Positions 50,255 to 60,596 of a stretch of 64,000 nt of DNA are shown in pieces. Below the pieces are notes generated by a model, which was given only the letters and a program-made list of their open reading frames with translations, did not search any database and was not told the DNA's origin. Position 1 is the first letter of the stretch, and each line of letters begins with the position of its first letter. A program made the position numbers and the translations under genes. The DNA is taken from assembly GCA_017477255.1 (NCBI GenBank), contig JAFUXB010000004.1, positions 81,132 through 145,131 on the forward strand, in the 5' to 3' direction. Source of the stretch: Bacilli bacterium. Lineage in GTDB: Bacteria > Bacillota_I > Bacilli_A > RFN20 > CAG-826.

Positions 50255-50276
50255 GAAATCTAAATTGCCTTTTTGC

Positions 50277-50318
50277 GGGAGATTGCATCGATATAAAGTG
50301 CAATCTCTTTCTTTTTTT
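50277..50318 (+). terminator. Expression-platform terminator of the lysine riboswitch
   Basis: GAGATTGCA...TGCAATCTC followed by TTTCTTTTTTT. Confidence 0.8.
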
Positions 50319-50329
50319 GGAGGTAATTT

Positions 50330-51202
50330 ATGAAAAGAAATGGTTTTTTAGGTGTTTTTGGTGTTTTATCACTATCGTTACTTGCTTCATGTTCAAATAC
50401 TGGGACTAATAATGAAAATAAATTAGTTATTGGTATGGAATGTGCATATCAACCATTTAATTGGACAATTAATTCTAGTAATGAATTTTCATTACCAATA
50501 TTTGGAACAAATCAATATGCAGATGGATATGATATTCAAATTGCTAGATATTTATCAAAAGAATTAAATAAAGAAGTAGTTATTAAAAAAATAGAATGGG
50601 ATTCATTAATTCTTAGTTTAGTAAATAATGAAATTAATGCAGTTTTAGCTGGAATGAGTGTAACTCAAGAAAGATTAAAAACAATTGATTTTACAGATCC
50701 TTATTTAAGTAGTGATTTAGCTTTTTTAATTAAAACTGAAAATTTACCTGAAGGGAATTCAAAAGAAAATCCTGCAAGTTATGAAGAATTAAAAACTTTA
50801 TTCTCTAATCAAAATTTAGTTTGCCAAGCTAATGTTGTAGGAGACGATTTAATTGATACTTATTTTGCTAGCATTGAAGAATTAAATGTTCATCATAATC
50901 AACCATTAGCAACTTATCCTTTAGCAGCTCTTGATGTTAAAAGTGGAGCAGCTTTTGCAATGCCTGCTGAACTTCCAGTTATCGAAGCTATGACAAATTT
51001 AGGTGGACTTTCAGTACTTTATTGTGATTATGAAAGCTTTTTAAGTGAAGATGATATTATTGGTTTATCAGTAAATATTGGAATTAAAAAAGGAAATGAA
51101 ACTTTAAAAAATGAGCTTAATGGAGCTTTAGCAAAATTAAGTGAAGAAGAAAGAGGAAGATTAATGGGCGAAGCTTCAGTTAGAAGTGCTCAAAATGCAT
51201 AA
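50330..51202 (+). CDS. Amino-acid (probably lysine) ABC substrate-binding lipoprotein
   Basis: Lipobox LASC; GMECAYQPFNW, GYDIQIA and AGMSVTQER. Confidence 0.9.
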   Translation: MKRNGFLGVFGVLSLSLLASCSNTGTNNENKLVIGMECAYQPFNWTINSSNEFSLPIFGTNQYADGYDIQIARYLSKELNKEVVIKKIEWDSLILSLVNNEINAVLAGMSVTQERLKTIDFTDPYLSSDLAFLIKTENLPEGNSKENPASYEELKTLFSNQNLVCQANVVGDDLIDTYFASIEELNVHHNQPLATYPLAALDVKSGAAFAMPAELPVIEAMTNLGGLSVLYCDYESFLSEDDIIGLSVNIGIKKGNETLKNELNGALAKLSEEERGRLMGEASVRSAQNA

Positions 51203-51204
51203 AT

Positions 51205-51990
51205 ATGAACTTTAATAAAATAGGTGAAATATTTACTAATAATGGAGATTTTATTTTAGCTGGAATTATTTCAACTTTAATCCTTTCTATATTTGGAACA
51301 GTAGTTGGATTAATTTTAGGTGTATTTTTAGCATATGGCAAAAATATAAAAGTAAAAGAACTAGATAATAAGTTTATTAAGGCTTTAAAAGTAATTTTAA
51401 GGGGGTTTTGCAGTATTTATTCAATAGTTTTAAGAGGAACTCCTATGATGGTTCAAGCTCTTATTTTTAAATATGGATGCTTAGCTATTTGTATAAATTT
51501 TGAAAATATAATTTTCCCTAAAGAAATAATTAATGTAATAAATGGATGGCTAATTGCAGGTTTAATTGTTATTACATTAAATACTGCAGCTTATATGGGC
51601 GAAATTGTTCAATCTGGACTTAATGGAGTTGATAAAGGACAAGTAGAAGGAGCTAGATCTTTAGGAATGAGTGCTAGAAGTGCATCATTAAAAATTATTT
51701 TACCTCAAGCTTTAAGAAATGCTTTACCTACTATAGGAAATGAATTTATTGTAAATATTAAAGATTCTAGTGTTTTAAATGTAATTACTGTTACTGAACT
51801 TTATTATCGAATGAAAGATATAGCTTCAACAAATTATGCATTTTTAGAATGTTATTTTATATTAGCTTTAATTTATTTAGTCATGACTTTGATTGCTTCA
51901 TTAGTCTTAAAACTAATAGAAAAGAAATTAGATGGAGAAAAGATATCTTTAAATCCTTTTGGAAGATTAAAAAGGAGCTATGATTTATGA
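51205..51990 (+). CDS. Amino-acid ABC permease
   Basis: RGTPMMVQ, LNTAAYMGEI, GQVEGARSLG and NEFIVNIKDSS. Confidence 0.92.
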   Translation: MNFNKIGEIFTNNGDFILAGIISTLILSIFGTVVGLILGVFLAYGKNIKVKELDNKFIKALKVILRGFCSIYSIVLRGTPMMVQALIFKYGCLAICINFENIIFPKEIINVINGWLIAGLIVITLNTAAYMGEIVQSGLNGVDKGQVEGARSLGMSARSASLKIILPQALRNALPTIGNEFIVNIKDSSVLNVITVTELYYRMKDIASTNYAFLECYFILALIYLVMTLIASLVLKLIEKKLDGEKISLNPFGRLKRSYDL

Positions 51991-52994
51991 GTGAAGTAGT
52001 TTTAAATGTATCTAATCTAGCTAAATATTTTGGAAGGGAAAAGATATTAAAAGACATTTCTTTTAGTGTAAATAGAGGCGATGTAGTCGCTATAATCGGT
52101 CCTAGTGGAAGTGGTAAATCTACACTTTTAAGATGCCTTAATTTACTTGAAACTCCAACTAGAGGTACATTAACTTTTGAAGATAAACCATATTTTCAAA
52201 TTGAAAAATGTAAAGATGATTTTGTTAATTATGAAGAATATAATAAAGCTCTTATTAAACACGATGAATTACTTGTTGAAACTGAAGACAATTTAGCTAT
52301 TTTTGTTAATAAAAAAATAGAAGGAGATAACTCAAAAGAAAATCTTCAAAATATCAAAAAAGCAAAAAAAGAGTTCAGATCTGCAAGGAAAATGAAAATT
52401 TTAAAGGAAAATTTCTTTGATTTAAATGCTTATAACGAGAGTATTAAACAAGCAAATAATTTTGTAATTTCAGATAAAGAACTTAATGTATTAAGATCAA
52501 AAATTACAATGGTTTTTCAATCATTTAATATCTTTAACAATATGGATGTTTTAAAGAATTGCGTATTGCCTCAAATTGATGTTTTAAAAAGAGATAAAAA
52601 AGAAGCAAGAGAAAAAGCATTTAAGGAATTAAATGCTGTTAATATGGATGACAGAATGAATTATAGACCAAGTCAATTAAGTGGTGGTCAAAAACAACGT
52701 GTCGCCATTGCTAGAGCTTTATGTATGGATCCAGAAATCTTACTTTTTGATGAACCTACGAGTGCATTAGATCCTGAAATGGTTAATGATGTTTTAAATG
52801 TTATGAAGAAATTAGCTAATGAAGAAAGAACGATGATTATTGTTACTCATGAAATGAATTTTGTTAAAAATGTTGCTAATAAAGTTATCTTTATTGAAAA
52901 TGGAAATATTGTTGAATTTGGTGAAACAAAAGAAGTTTTCTCTAATCCTAAATCACCTAGAACTAAAGCCTTTATTAAAGGTATAAATTCCTAA
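51987..52994 (+). CDS. Amino-acid ABC ATPase (GlnQ-like) with an internal helical insertion
   Basis: GPSGSGKS, LSGGQKQR and DEPTSALDPE; about 90 extra residues before the Q-loop. Confidence 0.9.
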   Translation: MSEVVLNVSNLAKYFGREKILKDISFSVNRGDVVAIIGPSGSGKSTLLRCLNLLETPTRGTLTFEDKPYFQIEKCKDDFVNYEEYNKALIKHDELLVETEDNLAIFVNKKIEGDNSKENLQNIKKAKKEFRSARKMKILKENFFDLNAYNESIKQANNFVISDKELNVLRSKITMVFQSFNIFNNMDVLKNCVLPQIDVLKRDKKEAREKAFKELNAVNMDDRMNYRPSQLSGGQKQRVAIARALCMDPEILLFDEPTSALDPEMVNDVLNVMKKLANEERTMIIVTHEMNFVKNVANKVIFIENGNIVEFGETKEVFSNPKSPRTKAFIKGINS

Positions 52995-53019
52995 AACCCT
53001 GCAGAACTCAACTATTTTT
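52992..53019 (-). repeat. 28-bp dispersed repeat (copy 7)
   Basis: TAAAACCCTGCAGAACTCAACTATTTTT, overlapping the TAA stop. Confidence 0.8.
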
Positions 53020-53176
53020 TAAAAATTTGCTTCAAAACTCACTTAAAATAAGTCTTAATTTTAATTTTAAAAATTAATTTAAGACTTTTTATTTTGCTTA
53101 TTTTTAAATTATTAGTGTTTTCTAATTTTATTTATTTTAAAATAAATAAGAAGAATATTTTAAGGAAGTATAATTT

Positions 53177-53821
53177 ATGAAAAAACAAAATGATCATGCA
53201 ACAAGAAAATTAGAAAGATTGCAACTTTATCTTAAAATTTTATATAAATTACAAAATCAAGGAAGAGTTCTTATTTCAAGCTCACAACTTGCTAAAGAAA
53301 TTGATTATTCAGAAGAACAAATTAGAAAAGACTTCCAACTTATAGCAACTAAACAAGGAAAACCAGGGGTTGGAAGAAGAATTGATGATATTGTTGCTGA
53401 TTTAGAAGAATATTTAGGATATAAAAAAGTTAGTAATGCCGTAGTTATTGGTGTTGGTAATTTAGGTGGAGCAATTTTAAGATATGAAGGCTTTGCAAAT
53501 TATGGATTAAATGTTTTAGCTGGATTTGATATTGATAATTCTAAAATTGGAACAGTTATAAATGATAAACCAATCTTTTCAATTGATAATTTAGAAAAAT
53601 ATATTCCAACTTTAGATGTAAATATTGCAATTTTAACTGTTGGAAAAGAAAATGCATTAGAAATTGCTCAAAGACTTGTTAAAGCAGGAATTCAAGGAAT
53701 TTTAAATTTTGTACCAATTCATTTGGAAATAGATGAAGGTGTTATAGTTCAAAATATGGACTTAGCTGCATCTTTATCAATACTTGCTCACAAAGTTAAA
53801 AATAAATTAAATAATGATTAG
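53177..53821 (+). CDS. rex: Redox-sensing transcriptional repressor Rex
   Basis: RLQLY, ISSSQLA, QIRKD, GVGNLGGA and GILNFVP. Confidence 0.93.
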   Translation: MKKQNDHATRKLERLQLYLKILYKLQNQGRVLISSSQLAKEIDYSEEQIRKDFQLIATKQGKPGVGRRIDDIVADLEEYLGYKKVSNAVVIGVGNLGGAILRYEGFANYGLNVLAGFDIDNSKIGTVINDKPIFSIDNLEKYIPTLDVNIAILTVGKENALEIAQRLVKAGIQGILNFVPIHLEIDEGVIVQNMDLAASLSILAHKVKNKLNND

Positions 53822-53874
53822 GTAATGATAACTATTTTTAGTAAAATATTGTTTTATTAATAGAAGGTACGTTT

Positions 53875-55299
53875 ATGAGAAAATTCGATACAGATGTTCA
53901 AGAACTTAAATATAAAGTATTAAAAGAAATCGCAAGAGGTCTTTTTGATGATAATCTATTAGAAAATTATAATGACATCCCAATGCGTATATCTCCAGGG
54001 CCAAAAAGCACGATGAGATGTTGCATTTATAAAGAAAGAGCAATTGTTTTAGAAAGAATGAAATTAGCTCTTGGTGGATCAAAAGATAGAAATAACGTAA
54101 TTGAAGTTGTTAAAATTGCTTGTGATGAATGTCCACTTGGAGGATATGAAGTAACAAGTAGATGTAGAGGATGTATTGCTAGAAGATGTGAAAAAGCATG
54201 TTTTAAAAAAGCAATTACATTTAATCCAATCACTAGAGCTGCCTATATTAATAAAGAATTATGTGTTAACTGTGGAATGTGTGCCAAAGCTTGTCAATAT
54301 AACGCAATCCAAAACTTTTTAAGACCTTGTGAACAAGCTTGTAAAGTTAATGCAATTAGCATGGATGAATTACATTTTGCTGAAATTAATGATGAAAAAT
54401 GTATTCAATGTGGTGCATGTGTTTATCAATGTCCATTTGGTGCAATTATGGATAAATCTTATATGAAAGAAGCTATTAGTATATTAAAAGATAGTAATTT
54501 CTCTAAAAAATATCCAGTTTATGCAATAGTTGCTCCATCAATTGCTGCCCAATTTAAATATGCAACATTAGGACAAGTTGTTACTGCGATTAAAAAATTA
54601 GGATTTAGTAATGTTGTTGAAGCTGCTTTAGGTGCAGATATGGTCGCTTATAATGAAGCAAAAGAGCTTGAAGAAAAAGGATTTTTAACTTCTTCATGTT
54701 GTCCAACTTTTGTTAATTTTATTAAAAAATATTATCCAACTTTATCAGAATATATTTCTAGTAACTTATCACCAATGGCTACAATTGCTAAATGGGTAAA
54801 AGAACATAATCCAGAATGTAAAATTATGTTTGTTGGACCATGTATTTCTAAAAAGAAAGAAATTCAAGAAACAGATGCAGGAAAATATATTGATGTAGTC
54901 TTAACTTTTGAAGAATTACAAGCTATGATCGATTCTAGAGATATTGACGCTTCAACATTAAAAGAAAGTCCATTAGATGATGCTTCTTATTATGGAAGAA
55001 TATTTGCTAGAAGTGGTGGACTTACTGAAGCAGTTAAAGAAGCTTTAAAAGAACAAGGAAGTTCATTTGAAGCTAAACCAATTACTGTTGATGGACTTGA
55101 AAATTGTAGATTAGCTCTTATGAAAGCTAAAAATGGCAATGTTGATTTTAATTTTATTGAAGGAATGGGTTGTTTAGGTGGATGCATTGGTGGTCCATGT
55201 TGTTTAACTCATGAAGTTAGAGATAAAGTTGTAATTGATAGATATGGTAAAGACGCTAAACCAAAAACTATTAAAGAAGCAATAAAAGAATATAAATAG
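53875..55299 (+). CDS. Monomeric [FeFe]-hydrogenase with ferredoxin domains (group B-like)
   Basis: H-cluster motifs TSSCCP, GPCISKKKE and EGMGCLGGCIGG; RCCIYKERA; 4Fe-4S motifs. Confidence 0.9.
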   Translation: MRKFDTDVQELKYKVLKEIARGLFDDNLLENYNDIPMRISPGPKSTMRCCIYKERAIVLERMKLALGGSKDRNNVIEVVKIACDECPLGGYEVTSRCRGCIARRCEKACFKKAITFNPITRAAYINKELCVNCGMCAKACQYNAIQNFLRPCEQACKVNAISMDELHFAEINDEKCIQCGACVYQCPFGAIMDKSYMKEAISILKDSNFSKKYPVYAIVAPSIAAQFKYATLGQVVTAIKKLGFSNVVEAALGADMVAYNEAKELEEKGFLTSSCCPTFVNFIKKYYPTLSEYISSNLSPMATIAKWVKEHNPECKIMFVGPCISKKKEIQETDAGKYIDVVLTFEELQAMIDSRDIDASTLKESPLDDASYYGRIFARSGGLTEAVKEALKEQGSSFEAKPITVDGLENCRLALMKAKNGNVDFNFIEGMGCLGGCIGGPCCLTHEVRDKVVIDRYGKDAKPKTIKEAIKEYK

Positions 55300-55597
55300 T
55301 TCGTAATAAATTATAAATTTGTTTTTATATTAATATTTCAAAAATTTAAATTTAGAATTATTGTATTTATTTTTATATAAGTAAATTGTGCACTCAAATA
55401 AAAATCTAGGTGCAAATTTTGCACTTTTATATTTTTAGTAAGTGCAAAATTAAAACTAATGGAAAAGTTTAGATACTAACTTATTAATTTGCATAGTCAA
55501 CAATTTGTAATTTGTAAAAACATGGAAACTCTGCTTTGAAGTTAATATTTTTAAAGTGGAGCTTATTTTAAAAAATGCAGGGAAATTTTAAAAATTT

Positions 55598-55624
55598 TTA
55601 GCACTCTCACTTGACGAGTGCTAA
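55598..55624 (+). promoter_or_regulatory. CIRCE operator (HrcA) overlapping the sigmaA promoter of clpB
   Basis: Perfect TTAGCACTC-N9-GAGTGCTAA; TTGACG at 55611 and TATAAT at 55633. Confidence 0.95.
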
Positions 55625-55663
55625 TTTTGTATTATAATGAAAGTGCTAAAAGCGAAAGGAGGA

Positions 55664-57784
55664 ATGTTTATGCAAATGAATCAAATGCCTGATTATGAAA
55701 ATGATAAAGATGTCCTTCAAAAATTCGGTCGTGATATTAACGAAGAAGTTAAAAAAGGAAAAATTGATCCAGTAATTGGACGTGATGAAGAGATTCGTAA
55801 AATCATCGAAATTTTAGCAAGAAAAACTAAAAATAACGTTATTCTTCTAGGCGAACCTGGTGTTGGTAAAACTGCAATTTTGGAAGGTTTAGCCGAAAGA
55901 ATTGTTAAAGATGATGTCCCTACTATCTTGAAAAATAAAACTATTTATGAGCTTGATATGGGAGCATTAGTAGCTGGTGCTAAATATAGAGGTGAATTCG
56001 AAGAAAGATTAAAAGCAGTTCTTAACAAAATAAAAGAATCTGAAGGAAAAATAATTCTTTTTATCGATGAAATTCATTTAATTGTAGGCGCTGGTAGAAC
56101 TGATGGAGCGCTTGATGCTTCAAATATGTTAAAACCAATGCTTGCTAGAGGTGAAATTGATTGTATTGGTGCTACGACATTAAAAGAATATAGAGAATAT
56201 ATTGAAAAAGATAGAGCACTTGAAAGAAGATTCCAACCTGTTTTAGTAAATGAACCAAGTGTTGAAGATACTGTAACTATTTTAAGAGGATTAAAAAATA
56301 GATTTGAATCTTTCCATGGCGTAAAAATTACTGATAATGCTTTAATTGCTGCAGCAACTTTATCAAATAGATATTTAACAAGTAGATTTTTACCTGATAA
56401 AGCTATTGATTTAGTTGATGAAGCATGTGCTTCAATTAAAGTAGATTTAGCTTCAATGCCAAGTGAACTTGATGAACTTGAAAGAAAAATTAGACAACTT
56501 GAAATTGAAAAAGTAGCTTTAAGTAAAGAAAGCGATGAAGCAAGTAAAAAACGTTTAGATGATGTAAATAAAGAACTTTCATCACTTAAAGAAAAAGATG
56601 ATGAAATTAAAGAAAAATGGAAAAAAGAAAAAGAAGAAATCTTAAACGTTAAACAGATTAAAGAACAACTTGAAAAAGCTCGATTTGATCTTGATGTTGC
56701 TTTATCTCATTCTGAATATGAAAAAGCTGGCGAACTTCAATATAAAGTTATTCCTAAGCTTGAAAATAAGTTAAAAGAAAACGAAATTTCTTCTGACAAA
56801 GAAAAACTTTTAAGTGAAGTAGTTGATGAAGAACAAATCGCTAAAATTATTTCAAAGATGACTAATATTCCTTTAAGTAAAATTGAAAAAGGTGATAGAG
56901 AAAAAGTATTAAACCTTAAAGAAACACTTGAAAGAAGAGTAATTGGCCAAGATGATGCTTTAAGTTTAATTAGCGATGCTATTTTAAGACAAAGAGCAGG
57001 TATTAAAGATACAAATAGACCAATTGGATCATTCTTGTTCTTAGGCCCTACTGGTGTAGGTAAAACTGAAGTAGCAAAAGCTTTAGCTGAAGCGTTATTT
57101 GATAGTGAATCTCATATTATTAGAATTGATATGAGTGAATATATGGAGAAATATTCAACGAGTAGATTAATTGGAGCTCCACCAGGATATGTAGGATACG
57201 AAGAAGGTGGTCAATTAACTGAAAAAGTTAGAAGAAATCCATATTCAATCGTATTATTTGATGAAATTGAAAAAGCTCATCCTGAAGTATTTAATTTACT
57301 TCTTCAAATGTTAGATGATGGTAGATTAACAGATTCTCAAGGAAGAGTAGTAGATTTCAGAAATACTATTATCATTATGACTAGTAATTTAGGTAGTGAA
57401 TATTTACTTAATAATGAAAAAGAAAAAGTAGATATGTTACTCCATCAAACATTTAAACCTGAATTCTTAAATAGAATTGATGAAATTGTTTACTTCAATC
57501 CATTAAATAAAGAAACTCAAGGAAAAGTAGTTGATAAAATGCTTAATTTACTTAATGAGAGATTAAAAGAAAATTATTATAGCTTTGATTTCTCTGACAA
57601 ATTAAAAGAATATATTCTTGAAAGTGCTTATTCTCCAATTTATGGAGCTAGACCAATAAAGAGATTTATTCAAAATAAAGTTGAGACAGTTATTGCAAAT
57701 GAAATCATCTCTCAAAAAGTAGATACTAAACATAAATATCTAGTTGATTATAATGATAAAGAAGTTGTAATTAAACAAATATAA
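55664..57784 (+). CDS. clpB: Chaperone ClpB lacking the N-terminal Clp domain
   Basis: [18 protein letters not shown], long M-domain, GPTGVGKT and [12 protein letters not shown]; RBS AAAGGAGG before ATG 55664. Confidence 0.93.
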   Translation: MFMQMNQMPDYENDKDVLQKFGRDINEEVKKGKIDPVIGRDEEIRKIIEILARKTKNNVILLGEPGVGKTAILEGLAERIVKDDVPTILKNKTIYELDMGALVAGAKYRGEFEERLKAVLNKIKESEGKIILFIDEIHLIVGAGRTDGALDASNMLKPMLARGEIDCIGATTLKEYREYIEKDRALERRFQPVLVNEPSVEDTVTILRGLKNRFESFHGVKITDNALIAAATLSNRYLTSRFLPDKAIDLVDEACASIKVDLASMPSELDELERKIRQLEIEKVALSKESDEASKKRLDDVNKELSSLKEKDDEIKEKWKKEKEEILNVKQIKEQLEKARFDLDVALSHSEYEKAGELQYKVIPKLENKLKENEISSDKEKLLSEVVDEEQIAKIISKMTNIPLSKIEKGDREKVLNLKETLERRVIGQDDALSLISDAILRQRAGIKDTNRPIGSFLFLGPTGVGKTEVAKALAEALFDSESHIIRIDMSEYMEKYSTSRLIGAPPGYVGYEEGGQLTEKVRRNPYSIVLFDEIEKAHPEVFNLLLQMLDDGRLTDSQGRVVDFRNTIIIMTSNLGSEYLLNNEKEKVDMLLHQTFKPEFLNRIDEIVYFNPLNKETQGKVVDKMLNLLNERLKENYYSFDFSDKLKEYILESAYSPIYGARPIKRFIQNKVETVIANEIISQKVDTKHKYLVDYNDKEVVIKQI

Positions 57785-57810
57785 GGTAGGCGTAAAAAAC
57801 CTACCTTTTT
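57783..57810 (+). terminator. Rho-independent terminator
   Basis: AAGGTAGG...CCTACCTTTTT. Confidence 0.75.
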
Positions 57811-57814
57811 CTTT

Positions 57815-57842
57815 GAAAACCTTGCAAATCTCAACTATTTTT
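57815..57842 (-). repeat. 28-bp dispersed repeat (copy 8)
   Basis: GAAAACCTTGCAAATCTCAACTATTTTT. Confidence 0.75.
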
Positions 57843-57852
57843 TAAACAAATG

Positions 57853-58344
57853 TTATTTTTGTTCGCCTTTTTTAATTAAATTTAAATTGATATGGCAATA
57901 GCCATTTACGTTCTTTTTTAAATAATTTTGATGATATTCTTCAGCTTTAAAGAAGTTACACATTTTACTGACTTCAATTTTATATCCTTTTTCTAAATGT
58001 TCATCTAAATAGGTTCTAGCATTAATTCCATCAAGTAAATCAACATAATAAATTCCTGTTCTATATTGACTTCCTTCATCTTCACCTTGTTTATTTAATG
58101 AATAAGGATCAACAAATCTTAAATAATGATTTAATAAATCTTCTAAAGAAATTAGTGAATCATCATAATCAATTTTGACAGTTTCTGCATGTCCTGTTGT
58201 ACCTGTTTTAACTTCTTCATATTTAGGAAAAGCAGTTGTACCATTACAATAACCTGCAGTAACTTCTAATACGCCTTTTAATCTTGAATAATATTCTTGG
58301 ACGCCCCAAAAGCATCCACCAGCTAAATAAATTGTCTTTTTCAT
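57853..58344 (-). CDS. msrA: Peptide methionine sulfoxide reductase A
   Basis: AGGCFWG, TGHAETV, QYRTGIY and AEEYHQNYL. Confidence 0.96.
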   Translation of the reverse strand: MKKTIYLAGGCFWGVQEYYSRLKGVLEVTAGYCNGTTAFPKYEEVKTGTTGHAETVKIDYDDSLISLEDLLNHYLRFVDPYSLNKQGEDEGSQYRTGIYYVDLLDGINARTYLDEHLEKGYKIEVSKMCNFFKAEEYHQNYLKKNVNGYCHINLNLIKKGEQK

Positions 58345-58474
58345 AATATAAATATTAGCACACTTGGAATTATTGAAAACTAAAATGATTTAAATAATTA
58401 ATTTTTAAATCAAATATTTATTTAAACATTAATTCAATTCTTTTCAAAAAAATATTTACATGTTAAATTAAAGT

Positions 58475-59110
58475 ATGAAAAAGGCAAAAAAATTTTTAAT
58501 AGGTTTAATTTTAAGTTGTAGTTTATGCTCATGTAGTACCAATAAAAGCAAAATGCAATTTGATTTTTATAATACCTTAGACGAATATTTTTGCTATGAT
58601 GGAAAACATTCATATTTAATAGAAGAAACATTTAGTGAAGGGTTAACAATTCAAGTTTTTGAATACGATTATTATTTAGATATTTTTATTGAAAATGCAT
58701 ATGGTCATCCGAAGTTGCATATAGTCAACAATATTATTAACAACTATGCAGGCTTAATTGCTGTTAATGTTTTTAAATCTGTTCTTTCTGATCAATTTTT
58801 ATTAGAAATTAAAGATAGAACAACTAAATTTTCATTTTTAAATATTAATACATTAATGATTGTTTTAAATCCATTAAATTATAAACAAACTGGTATTTAT
58901 GGATTAGAATGTTGTTTTTTCTCACCGTTATATGTAATTCCATTTAATGAAAACTCAATTGATTTTGAATTTATCGAAAATTTTTATCACAAAAATTATT
59001 TAGAAAGGATTAATTATTTTAAATTTAAAAACGATATATTGAATTATTCTAACAAAGAAGATTTTATTAAGTTATATGTAGATTATTGCTATAAGCATGG
59101 AGCTTATTAA
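58475..59110 (+). CDS. Hypothetical lipoprotein (paralogue family)
   Basis: Lipobox LCSC; shares FYN.L.E...YDG, FSPLY..P and INY.KFK with the next gene. Confidence 0.7.
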   Translation: MKKAKKFLIGLILSCSLCSCSTNKSKMQFDFYNTLDEYFCYDGKHSYLIEETFSEGLTIQVFEYDYYLDIFIENAYGHPKLHIVNNIINNYAGLIAVNVFKSVLSDQFLLEIKDRTTKFSFLNINTLMIVLNPLNYKQTGIYGLECCFFSPLYVIPFNENSIDFEFIENFYHKNYLERINYFKFKNDILNYSNKEDFIKLYVDYCYKHGAY

Positions 59111-59258
59111 AACGATTAAATTATTTCTTTTATTATCGATGTGTTTAAGTTTGAATAGATCCCTTTATATGGTTAAAACGGAAGTATAATGGTTTCTAAT
59201 TTCTTTATAATTACAAATGATGATATAGAATTATATGAACAAGGAGTCTTAGTGTTTA

Positions 59259-59873
59259 ATGAAGGCGTTGAAATTTAAAAATATTATAGTTTATTTAAGT
59301 TTATTGACTTTTTCATGTTCAAATAAAAATAAATTTGACTTAAATTTTTATAATGGATTGAATGAAATGCTTACCTATGATGGGTATGATAGTTTTTTGA
59401 CTATTTATTCATTCAAAGACGAGAAACGTATTTCTTATTATTTTGGAACTGAAAATCTTTTATTACGTTTTTCTTTTGTAGATGGAATAAGAAGTGAATA
59501 TATTAGAAGTCGTAAGATTGAACGTTCAGGTTTTAGTTATGAATTTAGAATTGATCGTTCAATTTTAAATGAAAACTATAAAGATATTGAAAATGGTAAT
59601 GGCTATTTTAATGCTGAGTTTGATGGTATTTTAATGATTGTACATCCAATTACATATTTAAGCGGATATCATTTTATGGATAATTTATCTTTTTCACCAT
59701 TATATATTTTGCCTATTTTAAATGATAATTTTTATTTTGAATTAACTGAATCTTATATAGATGAATCATATCTAAAAAAGATTAACTATTATAAATTTAA
59801 ACAAGATTTAAAGAATTATAATTCTATTCAAGAGTTTTTAAATTTTTATCAAGGATTTTATGAAAAAGATTAA
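59259..59873 (+). CDS. Hypothetical lipoprotein (paralogue)
   Basis: Lipobox TFSC; same motifs as 58475-59110. Confidence 0.7.
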   Translation: MKALKFKNIIVYLSLLTFSCSNKNKFDLNFYNGLNEMLTYDGYDSFLTIYSFKDEKRISYYFGTENLLLRFSFVDGIRSEYIRSRKIERSGFSYEFRIDRSILNENYKDIENGNGYFNAEFDGILMIVHPITYLSGYHFMDNLSFSPLYILPILNDNFYFELTESYIDESYLKKINYYKFKQDLKNYNSIQEFLNFYQGFYEKD

Positions 59874-60471
59874 ACATTTAATTAATTTATTTTTTGTTTT
59901 AACGTTGTGTGGATGTCAAAAGCACGATTTTGTTTTCGACTTAGATCCTAAGTTTGGTATTTTAGAGAATGATAAAACTGTTTTATTTAATATTAATTTA
60001 GTTAAATTTGAGATTAAATCTTATTTAATTGATAGAAACGCAAAAGTTATTAATTTTGATTGTTTAAATAATTTTTCTATTGGATACTTTGATAAAGTTG
60101 TTGAAGAGAAAAATAATCGCGTTAATTGTTATCTTATTTATGAAAATAGTTTAATAAATTTTGACAATAGAAAGCACTTTACAAGTAACGAGAAAGAAGT
60201 TTTGGATTATTTTTTAAATCTTGATTATTTTTATGTATCTGAATATTTGGGTTTTTTCGGATATAATTATTTTAAATTTTTAGATGATACTAGAATTTTT
60301 CCATTCAAAGATAATAAGTTAACATATTTTAGTGTGGATGATCTTATTCAATATGATGATTTGTCAAAAAGAGAAATTTCTGAAAAATTTGATGAATATT
60401 TATATGATGGAATGCCTGAACAAGAGTTTTTAGATGCTTTCACCAAGTATATTACTGATGAATATCGTTAA
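59860..60471 (+). CDS. Hypothetical lipoprotein
   Basis: Lipobox LCGC; similar size and aromatic-rich composition. Confidence 0.65.
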   Translation: MKKIKHLINLFFVLTLCGCQKHDFVFDLDPKFGILENDKTVLFNINLVKFEIKSYLIDRNAKVINFDCLNNFSIGYFDKVVEEKNNRVNCYLIYENSLINFDNRKHFTSNEKEVLDYFLNLDYFYVSEYLGFFGYNYFKFLDDTRIFPFKDNKLTYFSVDDLIQYDDLSKREISEKFDEYLYDGMPEQEFLDAFTKYITDEYR

Positions 60472-60596
60472 AAATGCCTGTTATTTATAAATTTTATTAA
60501 TAACAAAATAAAAATTATAATTTTTATTTATACTTTTTGATATAATTTTTTTAACAGGTAATTTTATATTCAATTAACTTTGATTTTGGAGGCTTT

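Noticed and set aside
58355-58383. Second CIRCE near msrA
   Set aside because: Only a half-site (TTAGCAC) is present, with no matching right arm.
652-58631. Short antisense or alternate-frame ORFs in the ORF track (e.g. 652-840, 13688-13939, 36305-36706, 34242-34505, 43088-43333)
   Set aside because: They overlap well-supported genes or repeat sites and lack an RBS or recognisable motifs.
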